In this document: one piece after another, positions 27,188-38,563 of the stretch
How the letters are laid out: every line of letters starts with the position of its first letter
How positions within the stretch are numbered: position 1 is the stretch's first letter
Source of the DNA: Paracoccaceae bacterium
Lineage (GTDB): Bacteria > Pseudomonadota > Alphaproteobacteria > Rhodobacterales > Rhodobacteraceae
DNA: 64,000 bases
Direction of reading: 5' to 3'
Assembly (NCBI GenBank): GCA_041685625.1
Contig: JAWLFJ010000002.1
Span: forward strand, 14,339 to 78,338
Position numbers and translations under genes: made by a program
The notes under the pieces: model-generated
Told to the model about the DNA's origin: nothing
What the model saw: only the letters and a program-made list of their open reading frames with translations
The model's database searches: none

Positions 27188-28597
27188 TCAGCAGGAGTAG
27201 TACATCTTGAACTCGACCGGGTGCGGCGTGTGCTCGAAGGCGTAGACCTCCTCCCACTTGAGCTCCGCGTAGCCCTCGATCTGGTCCTTGGTGAACACGT
27301 CGCCCTGCAGCAGGAACTCGTGGTCGTCCTCGAGGCTCTGCAGCGCCTCGCGGAGCGAGCCGCAGACGGTCGGGATGCCGGCCAGCTCCTCGGGCGGCAG
27401 GTCGTAGAGATCCTTGTCCGCGGCTTCGCCCGGATGGATCTTGTTCTTGATGCCGTCGAGACCCGCCATAAGCAGCGCCGCGAAGGCGAGATAGGGGTTG
27501 CAGGACGGATCCGGGAAGCGGGTCTCGACGCGCTTGGCCTTCGGGCTCTCGGTCCAGGGGATGCGCACCGAGGCGGAGCGGTTGCGGGCCGAATAGGCCA
27601 GCAGCACCGGCGCCTCGAAGCCCGGGATCAGGCGCTTGTAGGAGTTGGTGGAGGGGTTGGTGAAGGCGTTCAGCGTCTTGGCGTGCTTCAGGACGCCGCC
27701 GATGTACCAAAGCGCCTCGTCCGAGAGGTCGGCGTACTTGTCGCCGGCGAAGAGCGGCTTGCCGTCCTTCCAGATCGACTGGTTGACGTGCATGCCGGTG
27801 CCGTTGTCGCCCATGATCGGCTTGGGCATGAAGGTGGCCGACTTGCCGTAGGCGTGCGCGACCTGGTGGATCACGTACTTGTACTTCTGCATGTTGTCGG
27901 CCTGCTCGGTCAGGCCGCCGAAGACCAGGCCGAGTTCGTGCTGGCAGGACGCGACCTCGTGGTGGTGCTTGTCCACCTTCATGCCCATCCGCTTCATCGT
28001 CGACAGCATCTCGGAGCGCATGTCCTGGGCGGCGTCGACGGGCGGCACGGGGAAGTAACCGCCCTTGATGCCGGGCCGGTGGCCCATGTTGCCCATCTCG
28101 AACTCGGCGTCGGTGTTCCAAGAGGCGTCGTCGGCGTCGACTTCGTAGGAGACCTTGTGCATCTCGACCGAGACGCGGACGTCGTCGAAGATGAAGAACT
28201 CGGCCTCGGGACCCCAATAGGAGACGTCGCCCATGCCCGACGACTTGAGATAGGCCTCGGCCTTTCTCGCCGTGCCGCGCGGATCGCGGTCATACGGCTC
28301 GTTGGTGTCGGGTTCGACCACGTCGCAATGCACGCAGAGGGTCTTCTCCGCGAAGAACGGGTCCATGTAGACCGAGGCCGTGTCCGGCATCAGCTTCATG
28401 TCGGACTGGTCGATGGACTTCCAGCCCTGGATCGACGAGCCGTCGAACATCCAGCCCTCGTTCAGGAAGTCCTCGTCGATGACGTCCGTGATGGCGGTGA
28501 CGTGCTGCAGCTTGCCGCGCGGGTCGGTGAAGCGGAGATCGAGATATTCGATCTCTTCGCTCTTCATGGTCTCGAGTATGGACTTGGCGTCGCTCAT
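27188..28597 (-). CDS. glnA: glutamine synthetase type I
   Basis: 469 aa with LDLRFTDPRGK, the full GSI core and the adenylylation-site context KDLYDLPPEE. Confidence 0.95.
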   Translation of the reverse strand: MSDAKSILETMKSEEIEYLDLRFTDPRGKLQHVTAITDVIDEDFLNEGWMFDGSSIQGWKSIDQSDMKLMPDTASVYMDPFFAEKTLCVHCDVVEPDTNEPYDRDPRGTARKAEAYLKSSGMGDVSYWGPEAEFFIFDDVRVSVEMHKVSYEVDADDASWNTDAEFEMGNMGHRPGIKGGYFPVPPVDAAQDMRSEMLSTMKRMGMKVDKHHHEVASCQHELGLVFGGLTEQADNMQKYKYVIHQVAHAYGKSATFMPKPIMGDNGTGMHVNQSIWKDGKPLFAGDKYADLSDEALWYIGGVLKHAKTLNAFTNPSTNSYKRLIPGFEAPVLLAYSARNRSASVRIPWTESPKAKRVETRFPDPSCNPYLAFAALLMAGLDGIKNKIHPGEAADKDLYDLPPEELAGIPTVCGSLREALQSLEDDHEFLLQGDVFTKDQIEGYAELKWEEVYAFEHTPHPVEFKMYYSC

Positions 28598-28750
28598 GCC
28601 TTCGCTCCTCTCTCAGTCTCTCGTTTCTTCGCGCCGTGTGAAGAACGCGATCTTGCGTCATCGCCGCGGAGGCGGCCCCGGCGCGTCGGCGCCGCCTTCG
28701 GATCGGGTCGGTCGGTGTTCGGGTATCGTTCTCCGGTGTCCCGCGCCGCG

Positions 28751-29149
<399 letters not shown>

Positions 29150-29240
29150 TTATGCAGGGGCCATGCCAAGCACCTCGCGCGGGGGAGCGCAATGGCGGCC
29201 GGGAGGCGGCGCGGACAATCGGTTCGGGGTGAGGCGGATT

Positions 29241-29277
29241 TGCCCAATCCTTGTGCAGATTGCCCGATCGGCAGGCG
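29241..29277. promoter_or_regulatory. two imperfect inverted repeats (TGCCCAATCCTTGTGCA and TGCCCGATCGGCA), candidate NtrC-type sites upstream of glnB
   Basis: The sites start 20 bp apart, 150-190 bp upstream of the glnB start. The first matches 11 of 14 specified positions of TGCACCA-N3-TGGTGCA. Confidence 0.3.
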
Positions 29278-29301
29278 AAACGCGGACGGGAGGGCCCGGC
29301 G

Positions 29302-30780
29302 ATGGAGATTCTCACCCCCGAGCAGATGGCCGCGGTGGAGCGGCGCGCGATCGAGGCGGGCGAGGTCACCGGGCGCGCGCTGATGGCGCGGGCCGGCGCC
29401 GGGATCCTCGAGGCGCTGGACGCGGCGCGGCCTGGCCTCGCGCCCGGCGCGGCGGCGGTGTTCGCGGGGCCGGGGAACAACGGCGGCGACGGCTTCGAGA
29501 CGGCGCGGCGGCTGAAGGAGCGCGGCTGGCGGGTGCGGGTGCTCGAGCTCGGCGATCCCGCCAGGCGCTCCGGCGACGACGCGGCGGCGCGGGCGGACTG
29601 GATCGAGGCCGGGGGCGAGGCGGAGCCGTGGCAGGCCGGGGCGCTGGCGGGGGCGACGCCGGACCTCTTCGTCGACGCGCTGTTCGGCGGCGGTCTGGCG
29701 CGGCCCGTCGGGCGCGAGCTGCGCGACCTCGGCGAGGGGTTCGCGCCGGGCGCGGTGCTGGCGGTCGACCTGCCGAGCGGGGTGCACGGCGCGGACGGGC
29801 GCGACATGGGGCTGGTGCGCGCCGCCGACGTGACCGTGACCTTCCACCGCGAGCGTCTGGGGCACCATCTGGGCGCGGGACCCGCGGCCACGGGTCGGCT
29901 GCATGTCGCGGACATCGGCCTCGTCGGCTGCGAGGGTGCGGGCGAGACGGTGCGGCGGATCGGGCGGCCGGACGCCGCCGCGCTCGGCAAGGCGCCGGAG
30001 GCGCACAAGTACGGCCACGGTCACGCGCTGATCCTCGGCGGCGGCGTCGGGCGCGGCGGCGCGGCGCGGATGGCGGCGCGCGGCGCGCTGCGGATCGGCG
30101 CGGGGCTGGCGACGGTGGGGGTGCCGCCTCCGGCGCTGCAGGAGAACGCCTCGGCGCTCGACGCGGTGATGCTGCGCGCGGTGAAGGACGCGGCCGCGCT
30201 GGAGGCGATGCTGGAGGATCCGCGGCTCTCGGCGCTCGCGCTCGGCCCCGGGCACGGGATCGACCACCGGACGCGGGCGATGGCGGAGGTCGCGCTCGCC
30301 TCGAACCGGGCGCTGGTGCTGGACGCGGACGCGCTGACGGTGCTGGGCGAGGACGTCGCGCGGCTGGCGCGGCCGGGGCTGGTGCTGACGCCGCATCCGG
30401 GGGAGTTCGCGCGGCTGTTCCCCGACCTCGCCGAGGACGAGGGCGATCCGGTCTCCCGCGCGCGGGCGGCGGCGGGGCGGCTGGGCGGCGCGGTGCTGGT
30501 GCTGAAGGGGCCGGCGACGGTGGTGGCTTCGGCCGGCGCGGGGGTGGCGCTGCGCTCGGGCCTCCGGGCGGAGGCGGCGCCGTGGCTCGCCACCGCCGGG
30601 GCCGGTGACGTGCTGACGGGGATGATCGCGGGGCTGCTGGCGCGGGGGCGGCCGGCCTTCGACGCGGCCTCGGAGGCGGTGTGGCTGCACGCCGAGGCGG
30701 GACGTCGGCTCGGCCCCGGGCTGATCGCGGAGGATCTGCCGGAGGCGCTGCCGGGGCTGCTGCGCGCGCTCGGCGCCTGA
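29302..30780 (+). CDS. nnr: bifunctional NAD(P)H-hydrate repair enzyme (epimerase/ADP-dependent dehydratase)
   Basis: N-terminal YjeF_N (GPGNNGGDG) and a C-terminal carbohydrate-kinase-like part (KYGHGHALILGG, GAGDVLTG). Confidence 0.85.
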   Translation: MEILTPEQMAAVERRAIEAGEVTGRALMARAGAGILEALDAARPGLAPGAAAVFAGPGNNGGDGFETARRLKERGWRVRVLELGDPARRSGDDAAARADWIEAGGEAEPWQAGALAGATPDLFVDALFGGGLARPVGRELRDLGEGFAPGAVLAVDLPSGVHGADGRDMGLVRAADVTVTFHRERLGHHLGAGPAATGRLHVADIGLVGCEGAGETVRRIGRPDAAALGKAPEAHKYGHGHALILGGGVGRGGAARMAARGALRIGAGLATVGVPPPALQENASALDAVMLRAVKDAAALEAMLEDPRLSALALGPGHGIDHRTRAMAEVALASNRALVLDADALTVLGEDVARLARPGLVLTPHPGEFARLFPDLAEDEGDPVSRARAAAGRLGGAVLVLKGPATVVASAGAGVALRSGLRAEAAPWLATAGAGDVLTGMIAGLLARGRPAFDAASEAVWLHAEAGRRLGPGLIAEDLPEALPGLLRALGA

Positions 30781-30797
30781 GCGGCCGGGGCGGGCGG

Positions 30798-31940
30798 CTA
30801 TTCGGCGGCGGTGCGCGTAGGCTTGGGCCGGTCCGCTCCCACGGTGCGGTGCACGCGGGGTTCGGGCAGTCCGTCGCGCGAGAGGATCACCGCGATCGGG
30901 CGCAGTTTCGGCGAGCGGCTGCAGACGATCATCGCGGCGACCATGATCGGCACCGACAGGAACATGCCCGCCACGCCCCAGAGCGCGCCCCAGAAGGCCA
31001 GCGAGAACAGGATGCCGAGCGTCGAGAGGCGCAGGGTGCGGCCGGTGAGGTAGGGGTCGAGCACGTTGCCGCATCCGAACTGGATCGCCGAGATCACGGC
31101 GACGAAGGCGAGGGTGCTGCCGGAATCCTCGAACTGGACGTGCGCGACGAGGCCGGCGAGCAGCGTCGCCGCGATCGAGCCGAGATTGGGCAGGTAGTTC
31201 AGCAGGAAGGTGACGAGCGCGAGCGCCCCGGCGAGGCTCAGTCCGAAGGCGTGCGACGCGGCGAAGACGAGCGCGCCGGTGAGGGCGCTGACCGCGGTCT
31301 TGACCAGGAGGTAGTGGTTCACCTGGTGCATGATGGAGCCGATCACCGCGCGTGCCTCGGCGGCGCGGGCGCGGTCGCCGAACAGGCCGCGCAGCTTGGC
31401 CTCGTAGCTGATCCGCTCGCCGAACATGAAGGCGACGAAGAGGATCACCAGCACCGCGCCCTGCATCAGGTCGCCGGCTTCCGAGGCGAGGCGGGTGAAG
31501 GCCCCGGTGAGGTCGAGGCTGCGCATCGCCTGGAGCACGGCCTCCTCGATCTCGGGCCCGGCCCAGCGGAAGAGGTCGGCCGTCGCCTCCGGCGTGCGGG
31601 CGGCGTAGGCGAGGGTGACGCCGAGCACCTCGTTGATCTGGGCGAGGATCAGCGAGGTCAGGGTGAACAGCACGAGGGCGATGAGCGCGAGGGACACGAG
31701 GCTCGCGAGCCATTGCGGGACGTGCAGGCGCCCGATCCGCAGCCGGGCCACGGCGGCGATGGCGTCGCTGGCGAGGCTGAACAGGATGGTGGCGACGACG
31801 AGCGCCGAGAGTATGAAGCTCGCCTCGCGCAGCAGGACGAGCACGACGCCGACGGCGATGATCATGAGCGCGCCGGTGCGCAGCCGCGCGCCGCGCAGGG
31901 CGGCGTCGGCGAGTTCGGCGTGGCGGTCGGCGTCCTGCAT
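30798..31940 (-). CDS. AI-2E family transporter (PerM/UPF0118)
   Basis: 380 aa polytopic membrane protein. LNYLPNLGSI, LDPYLTGR and the WGVAGMFLSVPI tail are typical of the family. Confidence 0.75.
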   Translation of the reverse strand: MQDADRHAELADAALRGARLRTGALMIIAVGVVLVLLREASFILSALVVATILFSLASDAIAAVARLRIGRLHVPQWLASLVSLALIALVLFTLTSLILAQINEVLGVTLAYAARTPEATADLFRWAGPEIEEAVLQAMRSLDLTGAFTRLASEAGDLMQGAVLVILFVAFMFGERISYEAKLRGLFGDRARAAEARAVIGSIMHQVNHYLLVKTAVSALTGALVFAASHAFGLSLAGALALVTFLLNYLPNLGSIAATLLAGLVAHVQFEDSGSTLAFVAVISAIQFGCGNVLDPYLTGRTLRLSTLGILFSLAFWGALWGVAGMFLSVPIMVAAMIVCSRSPKLRPIAVILSRDGLPEPRVHRTVGADRPKPTRTAAE

Positions 31941-32107
31941 GCGGGGTTCCGTAGCGTCGGGGCGGGGGGGTCCGCCGATGCGCAAGGTCTGCGCGGCGCG
32001 GCCCGGTTTCAAGGCCGAACCGGCGCGCAATTTCGACTCGCGCCGCCCCGGAGAGCCTGTTAGGTCCGTCGCGATCCGCGCCGGGGGTGTCTTCGGCGGC
32101 GGGCGCC

Positions 32108-32192
32108 GCGGGCGTGGTGGAACTGGCAGACACGCGAGATTTAGGTTCTCGTGCCGCAAGGCGTGGGGGTTCAAGTCCCTCCGCCCGCACCA
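32108..32192 (+). tRNA. tRNA-Leu (anticodon TAG), class II with a long variable arm, CCA encoded
   Basis: Acceptor stem GCGGGCG/CGCCCGC. Anticodon loop TTTAGGT between CGAGA and TCTCG. T-arm GGGGG-TTCAAGT-CCCTC. Confidence 0.9.
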
Positions 32193-32239
32193 GGAGCCGG
32201 CCGGCGGACGCTGACAGGACAGAGGACCGGGGAAACCGA

Positions 32240-33571
32240 ATGCAGGTCGTGGAGACGAAGTCCGAGGGTCTCGAGCGCGCCTATGCGCTGACCCTTCCGG
32301 CCGAGGCGCTGGCTGAGAAGATCAACGCCAAGCTCGAGGCCGCGCGCGCGGACGTCCAGATGAAGGGCTTCCGGAAGGGCAAGGCGCCGCTGCCGCTGCT
32401 CAAGAAGATGTTCGGCAAGTCGATCCTCGGCGAGGTGGTCCAGGAGAGCGTCGACGGCGCGGTCCGCAAGCACTTCGAGGACACCGGCGACCGCCCGGCG
32501 CTGCAGCCGGAGGTGAAGATCGCCAACGAGGAGATCGACGAGTCCGAGGACCTGAAGATCGAGATCAGCTACGAGAAGCTGCCGGAGGTGCCGGAGGCGG
32601 ACGTCTCGTCGGTCAGGATCGAACGCCCGGTGGTCGAGGTCGAGGATGACGCGGTCGAGGAGGCGCTCGGCAACCTCGCCGAGAACGCGCAGGACTTCGA
32701 GACGAAGGAGGGTCCGGCCGAGGAGGGCGACCAGATCGTCGTCGACTTCGTCGGCAAGCTGGAGGGCGAGCCCTTCGAGGGCGGCGCGGCGGACGACTTC
32801 CCGCTGGTGATCGGCTCGGGCCAGTTCATCCCGGGCTTCGAGCCGCAGCTCGTCGGGCTTTCGGCCGGCGACGAGAAGGCGCTCGAGGTGGACTTCCCCG
32901 AGGACTACCAGGCCGAGCAGCTCGCCGGGAAGGCGGCGGTGTTCGACGTGACGGTCAAGGAGGTCCGCAAGCCGAAGCCCGCCGAGATCGACGACGCGCT
33001 GGCGCAGCGCTACGGGGCGGAGGATCTCGAGTCGCTCAAGGGTCAGATCCGCGAGCGGCTGGCCGAGGAGTATCGCTCGGCCGCGCGGCAGGTGGCCAAG
33101 CGCCGGCTGCTCGACGCGATCGACGAGCTGGTGAGCTTCGAGCTGCCGCCGACGCTGGTCGACGTCGAGGCCAAGCAGATCGCGCACCAGATGTGGCATG
33201 AGGAGAACCCCGAGCATCAGGGTCACGACCACCCCGAGATCGAGCCGACGGAGGAGCAGGTGAAGCTCGCCGAGCGGCGGGTGCGGCTGGGGCTGTTCCT
33301 GGCGGAGGTCGGCTCGCGCAACGACATCGCGGTGACGGATCAGGAGATCAACCAGTCGATCGTGTCGCGGGCGCGGCAGATGGGCGTGCCCGAGAAGGCG
33401 TTCTTCGACTACGTCCGCCAGAACGAAGGCGCGCTGCAGCAGATCCGCGCGCCGATCTTCGAGGAGAAGGTGGTCGACTACCTGCTCGAACTCGCCCAGG
33501 TCGAGGACAAGCCGATGACCAAGGACGGGCTGCAGGCCGAGCTCGAGGCGATGGACGAGGCCCCGGGCTGA
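32240..33571 (+). CDS. tig: trigger factor
   Basis: 443 aa starting [15 protein letters not shown], with the ribosome-binding GFRKGKAP motif, a PPIase middle domain and a position upstream of clpP-clpX. Confidence 0.9.
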   Translation: MQVVETKSEGLERAYALTLPAEALAEKINAKLEAARADVQMKGFRKGKAPLPLLKKMFGKSILGEVVQESVDGAVRKHFEDTGDRPALQPEVKIANEEIDESEDLKIEISYEKLPEVPEADVSSVRIERPVVEVEDDAVEEALGNLAENAQDFETKEGPAEEGDQIVVDFVGKLEGEPFEGGAADDFPLVIGSGQFIPGFEPQLVGLSAGDEKALEVDFPEDYQAEQLAGKAAVFDVTVKEVRKPKPAEIDDALAQRYGAEDLESLKGQIRERLAEEYRSAARQVAKRRLLDAIDELVSFELPPTLVDVEAKQIAHQMWHEENPEHQGHDHPEIEPTEEQVKLAERRVRLGLFLAEVGSRNDIAVTDQEINQSIVSRARQMGVPEKAFFDYVRQNEGALQQIRAPIFEEKVVDYLLELAQVEDKPMTKDGLQAELEAMDEAPG

Positions 33572-33587
33572 CGCCGACCGCTTCGCG

Positions 33588-33623
33588 ACGACGCGGCCCG
33601 CCCGGCGACGGGCGGGCCGTCGT
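33588..33623 (+). terminator. hairpin after tig (11-bp perfect stem CGGCCCGCCCG / CGGGCGGGCCG, loop GCGA)
   Basis: Read directly. It is followed by TCGTGGTT, a weak U-tract. Confidence 0.5.
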
Positions 33624-33679
33624 GGTTCCGGGGCCGCGTGCCGGGCGGGCCGCGGCGGGGCGCTGCGTCGTCCGGGCGC

Positions 33680-33709
33680 CCTTGAAGGCGCGCGGTGCAG
33701 GTCATAGGA
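33680..33709 (+). promoter_or_regulatory. weak sigma-32-like promoter candidate upstream of clpP
   Basis: CTTGAA-N12-AGGTCATAGG. The -10 part fits CCCCATNT only partly. Confidence 0.25.
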
Positions 33710-33755
33710 CAGACGCGACAGGCTAGACCCGCCGGACCGGAACGAGGCCCCCGAC

Positions 33756-34394
33756 ATGCGCGATCGCGACCCCGCCGAGCACTACATGAACACCCTCGTG
33801 CCCATGGTGGTCGAGCAGACCGCGCGGGGCGAGCGCGCCTACGACATCTTCTCGCGCCTGCTGAAGGAGCGGATCATCTTCGTCTCCGGCCCGGTGCACG
33901 ACGGGATGTCGACGCTGATCGTGGCGCAGCTGCTGTTCCTCGAGGCGGAGAACCCCAAGAAGGAGATCGCGATGTACATCAACTCCCCCGGGGGAGTGGT
34001 GACGTCCGGCCTCTCGATCTACGACACGATGCAGTACATCCGCCCGTCGGTCTCGACGCTCTGCGTCGGGCAGGCCGCCTCGATGGGCTCGCTGCTGCTC
34101 GCCGCGGGCAAGAAGGACATGCGCTTCTCGCTGCCCAACAGCCGGATCATGGTGCACCAGCCCTCCGGCGGTTATCAGGGCCAGGCGACTGACATCATGA
34201 TCCACGCGCGCGAGACCGAGGCGCTGAAGCGCCGGCTCAACGAGATCTACGTCGAGCACACCGGGCAGGACTACGACACCGTGGAGGCTGCGCTGGAGCG
34301 CGACAACTTCATGAATCCGCAGAAAGCCAAGGAATGGGGCCTGATCGACGACATCGTCGCCCGGCGCGAGGCCGCCGAAGAGTCGGGCGGCTGA
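33756..34394 (+). CDS. clpP: ATP-dependent Clp protease proteolytic subunit
   Basis: 212 aa with [27 protein letters not shown] and the catalytic context GQAASMGS and MVHQPSGG. Confidence 0.93.
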   Translation: MRDRDPAEHYMNTLVPMVVEQTARGERAYDIFSRLLKERIIFVSGPVHDGMSTLIVAQLLFLEAENPKKEIAMYINSPGGVVTSGLSIYDTMQYIRPSVSTLCVGQAASMGSLLLAAGKKDMRFSLPNSRIMVHQPSGGYQGQATDIMIHARETEALKRRLNEIYVEHTGQDYDTVEAALERDNFMNPQKAKEWGLIDDIVARREAAEESGG

Positions 34395-34568
34395 GGCCGC
34401 GCCGGGCGGCGCCCGGTCCCGATGCGCGGGAGGGCTTCGCCCTTGCGCCGCGGGCGACGATCTGCACGAATGAAAGGCGGACGCGGATTCGGCGTCCAAG
34501 CGTGAGGTTTCGTTAAGGAGCGGGCCTCCAGGCTGACCGAACCGCGCCGACCGCGGCGGGAGACATTC

Positions 34569-35843
34569 ATGACGAAGCCGACCGGACAGGACACCAAGAA
34601 CACGCTCTACTGCTCGTTCTGCGGCAAGAGCCAGCACGAGGTCCGGAAGCTGATCGCCGGACCGACGGTGTTCATCTGCGACGAATGCGTCGAGCTGTGC
34701 ATGGACATCATCCGCGAGGAGACGAAGACCTCGCTGGTGAAGTCCTCCGACGGCGTGCCGACGCCGCAGGAGATCTGCCAGGTGCTCGACGACTACGTGA
34801 TCGGCCAGATGACGGCCAAGCGCGTGCTGTCGGTGGCCGTGCACAACCACTACAAGCGTCTGAACCACGCGGCCAAGCAGGCCGACGTGGAACTCGCGAA
34901 GTCGAACATCCTGCTGATCGGCCCGACCGGCTGCGGCAAGACGCTGCTGGCTCAGACGCTGGCGCGCATCCTCGACGTGCCCTTCACCATGGCCGACGCC
35001 ACCACGCTGACCGAGGCGGGCTATGTCGGCGAGGACGTCGAGAACATCATCCTCAAGCTGCTTCAGGCCGCCGACTACAACGTCGAGCGGGCGCAGCGCG
35101 GCATCGTCTACATCGACGAGGTCGACAAGATCAGCCGCAAGTCGGACAACCCCTCGATCACCCGCGACGTCTCGGGCGAGGGCGTGCAGCAGGCGCTGCT
35201 GAAGATCATGGAGGGCACCGTCGCCTCCGTGCCGCCGCAGGGCGGGCGCAAGCATCCGCAGCAGGAGTTCCTGCAGGTCGACACCACCAACATCCTCTTC
35301 ATCTGCGGCGGGGCCTTCGCGGGGCTCGACCGGATCATCCGCCAGCGCGGCAAGGGGTCCGCCATGGGCTTCGGGGCCGAGGTGCGCTCGGACGACGAGC
35401 GGCGCATCGGCGACGTGCTGGAGGCGCTGGAGCCGGAGGACCTGCTGAAGTTCGGCCTGATCCCGGAGTTCGTCGGACGCCTGCCGGTGATCGCGACGTT
35501 GCGCGATCTCGACGAGGAGGCGCTGGTGGAGATCCTGTCGGCGCCGAAGAACGCGCTGGTCAAGCAGTACCAGCGGCTGTTCGAGATGGAGGACGTGAAG
35601 CTGGTCTTCACCGAGGACGCGCTGCGCGAGGTCGCCAGGAAGGCGATCGAACGCAAGACCGGCGCGCGCGGCCTGCGCTCGATCCTCGAGGACGTGCTGC
35701 TCGACACCATGTTCGAGCTGCCCGGCTCGGAGGGCGTGGACGAGGTCGTGGTCAACGACGACGTGGTGGCCGGGACGGCGAAGCCGCTCCTGATCTACGC
35801 GGAGAAGTCGGGCGACGCGGCCACGGGCTCCTCCGCCTCCTGA
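34569..35843 (+). CDS. clpX: ATP-dependent Clp protease ATP-binding subunit ClpX
   Basis: 424 aa with zinc finger CSFCGK...FICDEC, Walker A GPTGCGKT and IVYIDEVDK. Confidence 0.95.
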   Translation: MTKPTGQDTKNTLYCSFCGKSQHEVRKLIAGPTVFICDECVELCMDIIREETKTSLVKSSDGVPTPQEICQVLDDYVIGQMTAKRVLSVAVHNHYKRLNHAAKQADVELAKSNILLIGPTGCGKTLLAQTLARILDVPFTMADATTLTEAGYVGEDVENIILKLLQAADYNVERAQRGIVYIDEVDKISRKSDNPSITRDVSGEGVQQALLKIMEGTVASVPPQGGRKHPQQEFLQVDTTNILFICGGAFAGLDRIIRQRGKGSAMGFGAEVRSDDERRIGDVLEALEPEDLLKFGLIPEFVGRLPVIATLRDLDEEALVEILSAPKNALVKQYQRLFEMEDVKLVFTEDALREVARKAIERKTGARGLRSILEDVLLDTMFELPGSEGVDEVVVNDDVVAGTAKPLLIYAEKSGDAATGSSAS

Positions 35844-35865
35844 GCGGGCGCCTTCGGGCCGCGGG

Positions 35866-35893
35866 TTGAAACCCGCCGCGGCGCGATACATTT
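35866..35893 (+). promoter_or_regulatory. sigma-32-type heat-shock promoter candidate upstream of lon
   Basis: TTGAA-N15-ATACATTT compared with CTTGAA-N13-15-CCCCATNT. It lies about 105 bp upstream of the lon start. Confidence 0.4.
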
Positions 35894-35997
35894 GGTGAAC
35901 AAGACGCGGCCGAACCCCGGCCGCGACCCCTCTCCATCAGGGGGCGTCGCCGTCGCCGCTCGCCGGGACGCGTCGCCTCGCCGACGAGGATCTGCCC

Positions 35998-38397
35998 ATG
36001 ACCGCTTCCGTTCGCGTCACCCTTCCGGTTCTGCCGCTGCGCGACATCGTCGTCTTTCCGCACATGATCGTGCCGCTCTTCGTGGGGCGCGAGAAGTCCG
36101 TGCGTGCGCTCGAGGAGGTGATGCGCGCGGACAAGCAGATCCTGCTCGCCAGCCAGACCGACGCGGGTCAGGACGATCCGGGCGAGAAGGACATCTACAG
36201 CGCCGGCGTCGTCGCCAACGTCCTGCAGTTGCTGAAGCTGCCCGACGGCACCGTCAAGGTGCTGGTGGAGGGCCAAGCGCGCGCCCGGCTGGTCGAATAC
36301 ACCGCGACCGACAGCCATTTCGAGGCCGCCGCCGACGTGCTCGACGACGAGCTCGGCGATCCGGCCTCGGTCGAGGCGCTGAGCCGCTCGATCACCGACG
36401 AGTTCGAGAAATACGTCAAGCTCAACAAGAACGTGCCGGACGAGGCGCTCGGCTCGATCGCCGACGTCGAGGATCCGTCGCGCCTCGCCGACACCATCGC
36501 CGGACATCTGGGCGTCAAGCTCTCGGAGAAGCAGGGCCTGCTGGAGGAGCTGAACGTCGAGAAGCGGCTCGAGAAGATCTACGGCCTGATGCAGGGCGAG
36601 ATGTCGGTCCTCAAGGTCGAGAAGAAGATCAAGAGCCGCGTCAAGACCCAGATGGAGAAGACGCAGCGCGAGTACTACCTCAACGAGCAGATGAAGGCGA
36701 TCCAGCGCGAGCTCGGCGAGGGCGAGGACGGCCGCGACGAGGCCGGCGAGTACGAGCAGCGCATCGCCGAGACGCAGCTTTCCGACGAGGCGCGCGATAA
36801 GGCCGAGGTGGAGCTGAAGAAGCTCAAGCAGATGGCGCCGATGAGCGCCGAGGCGACGGTTGTGCGCAACTACCTCGACTGGATGTTGAGCATCCCGTGG
36901 GGCAAGAAGAGCCGCGTGAAGAAGGACCTGAAGCGCGCGGAGAAGATCCTCGACGACGACCACTACGGCCTCGAGAAGGTCAAGGAGCGGATCGTCGAGT
37001 TCCTCGCCGTGCAGCAGCGCTCGAGCAAGCTGAAGGGGCCGATCCTGTGCCTCGTCGGCCCGCCGGGCGTGGGCAAGACCTCGCTCGGCAAGTCCGTCGC
37101 GCGGGCGACGGGGCGCGAGTTCATCCGAATCTCGCTCGGCGGCGTCCGCGACGAGGCGGAGATCCGCGGACACCGGCGCACCTATATCGGCTCGATGCCC
37201 GGCAAGATCATCCAGTCGATGAAGAAGGCGAAGACGGTCAACCCGCTGATCCTGCTCGACGAGATCGACAAGATGGGGCAGGACTTCCGCGGGGACCCGG
37301 CCTCGGCGATGCTGGAGGTGCTGGATCCGGAGCAGAACAACACGTTCATGGACCACTATCTCGAGGTCGAATACGACCTCTCCAACGTGCTGTTCCTGAC
37401 CACCGCCAACACCTACAACATGCCGCGCCCTCTGCTCGACCGGATGGAGATCATCTCGATCTCGGGCTACACCGAGGACGAGAAGCTTCAGATCGCGCGG
37501 CGCCATCTGCTGCCCAAGCAGCTCAAGGGCCACGGCCTGCGCAAGGGCGAGTACGAGATCACGGACGAGGCGATGCTGGAGATGATCCGCCGCTACACCC
37601 GCGAGGCGGGCGTGCGGAACCTCGAGCGCGAGCTGGCCAAGACCTGCCGCAAGGCGCTGACCGAGATCGTCAAGGACGGCGTCAAGACGGTGACGGTGAG
37701 CAAGGACAAGCTCGAGGATTATCTCGGCGCGCCGCGCTTCAAGTTCGGCCTCGCCGAGGAGGAGGACGCGATCGGCGTCGCCACCGGGCTCGCCTGGACC
37801 GAGGTCGGGGGAGATCTGCTCTCCATCGAGGCGCTGAGGCTTCCCGGCAAGGGTCGGATGAAGACCACCGGCACGCTCGGCGACGTGATGAAGGAGTCGA
37901 TCGATGCGGCGTCTTCCTACGTCCGCTCGAAGTCGGTCGCGCTCGGCGTCGCGCCGCCGACCTTCGAGAAGATCGACATCCACGTGCACGTTCCCGAAGG
38001 CGCGACGCCGAAGGACGGGCCGAGCGCCGGCGTCGCGATGGTGACCTCCATCGTCTCGGTGCTGACGCAGATCCCGGTGCGCAAGGACGTGGCGATGACC
38101 GGTGAGGTGACGCTTCGCGGGAACGTGCTGGCGATCGGCGGCCTGAAGGAGAAGCTTCTCGCGGCGCTGCGGGGCGGCATCGCCAAGGTGCTGATCCCCA
38201 AGGACAACGTGAAGGATCTGCCGGAGATCCCCGACAACGTGAAGGCGGGGCTCGAGATCGTGCCGGTGGAGACGGTGTCCGAGGTGCTCAGCCATGCGCT
38301 GGTGCGCCAGCCCGAGCCGATCGAGTGGGACGAGGAGGCGGCCGCGGCCGCCGCCTCGACCGAGAAGGGCGGAGAGACGGAAGTGCGCGCCCACTGA
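35998..38397 (+). CDS. lon: ATP-dependent Lon protease
   Basis: 799 aa with the LON N-domain, Walker [10 protein letters not shown] and the protease site PKDGPSAG. Confidence 0.95.
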   Translation: MTASVRVTLPVLPLRDIVVFPHMIVPLFVGREKSVRALEEVMRADKQILLASQTDAGQDDPGEKDIYSAGVVANVLQLLKLPDGTVKVLVEGQARARLVEYTATDSHFEAAADVLDDELGDPASVEALSRSITDEFEKYVKLNKNVPDEALGSIADVEDPSRLADTIAGHLGVKLSEKQGLLEELNVEKRLEKIYGLMQGEMSVLKVEKKIKSRVKTQMEKTQREYYLNEQMKAIQRELGEGEDGRDEAGEYEQRIAETQLSDEARDKAEVELKKLKQMAPMSAEATVVRNYLDWMLSIPWGKKSRVKKDLKRAEKILDDDHYGLEKVKERIVEFLAVQQRSSKLKGPILCLVGPPGVGKTSLGKSVARATGREFIRISLGGVRDEAEIRGHRRTYIGSMPGKIIQSMKKAKTVNPLILLDEIDKMGQDFRGDPASAMLEVLDPEQNNTFMDHYLEVEYDLSNVLFLTTANTYNMPRPLLDRMEIISISGYTEDEKLQIARRHLLPKQLKGHGLRKGEYEITDEAMLEMIRRYTREAGVRNLERELAKTCRKALTEIVKDGVKTVTVSKDKLEDYLGAPRFKFGLAEEEDAIGVATGLAWTEVGGDLLSIEALRLPGKGRMKTTGTLGDVMKESIDAASSYVRSKSVALGVAPPTFEKIDIHVHVPEGATPKDGPSAGVAMVTSIVSVLTQIPVRKDVAMTGEVTLRGNVLAIGGLKEKLLAALRGGIAKVLIPKDNVKDLPEIPDNVKAGLEIVPVETVSEVLSHALVRQPEPIEWDEEAAAAAASTEKGGETEVRAH

Positions 38398-38429
38398 CGG
38401 GCCGAGCCGTCGCCGAAGCGGCTTCGGTG

Positions 38430-38460
38430 GCGCCGGGCGAGCGATCGCCCGGCGCTTTTC
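38430..38460 (+). terminator. Rho-independent terminator of lon
   Basis: Perfect 11-bp stem GCGCCGGGCGA / TCGCCCGGCGC, loop GCGA, followed by TTTTC. Confidence 0.75.
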
Positions 38461-38563
38461 GGTGCGGGATCACGGGCGCCGAAATCATCGATGCGGCCTG
38501 CGGCATCCGCCGGTACGGCGCGCTCGATCGAAAACCCTGCGGCCGGTCATCGAGGAGCATGTC

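Noticed and set aside
28598-28750. A sigma-54 (TGGCAC-N5-TTGC) promoter between glnB and glnA.
   Set aside because: No GG-N10-GC element with a TTGC-like -12 box is present on the coding strand. glnA is more likely co-transcribed with glnB.
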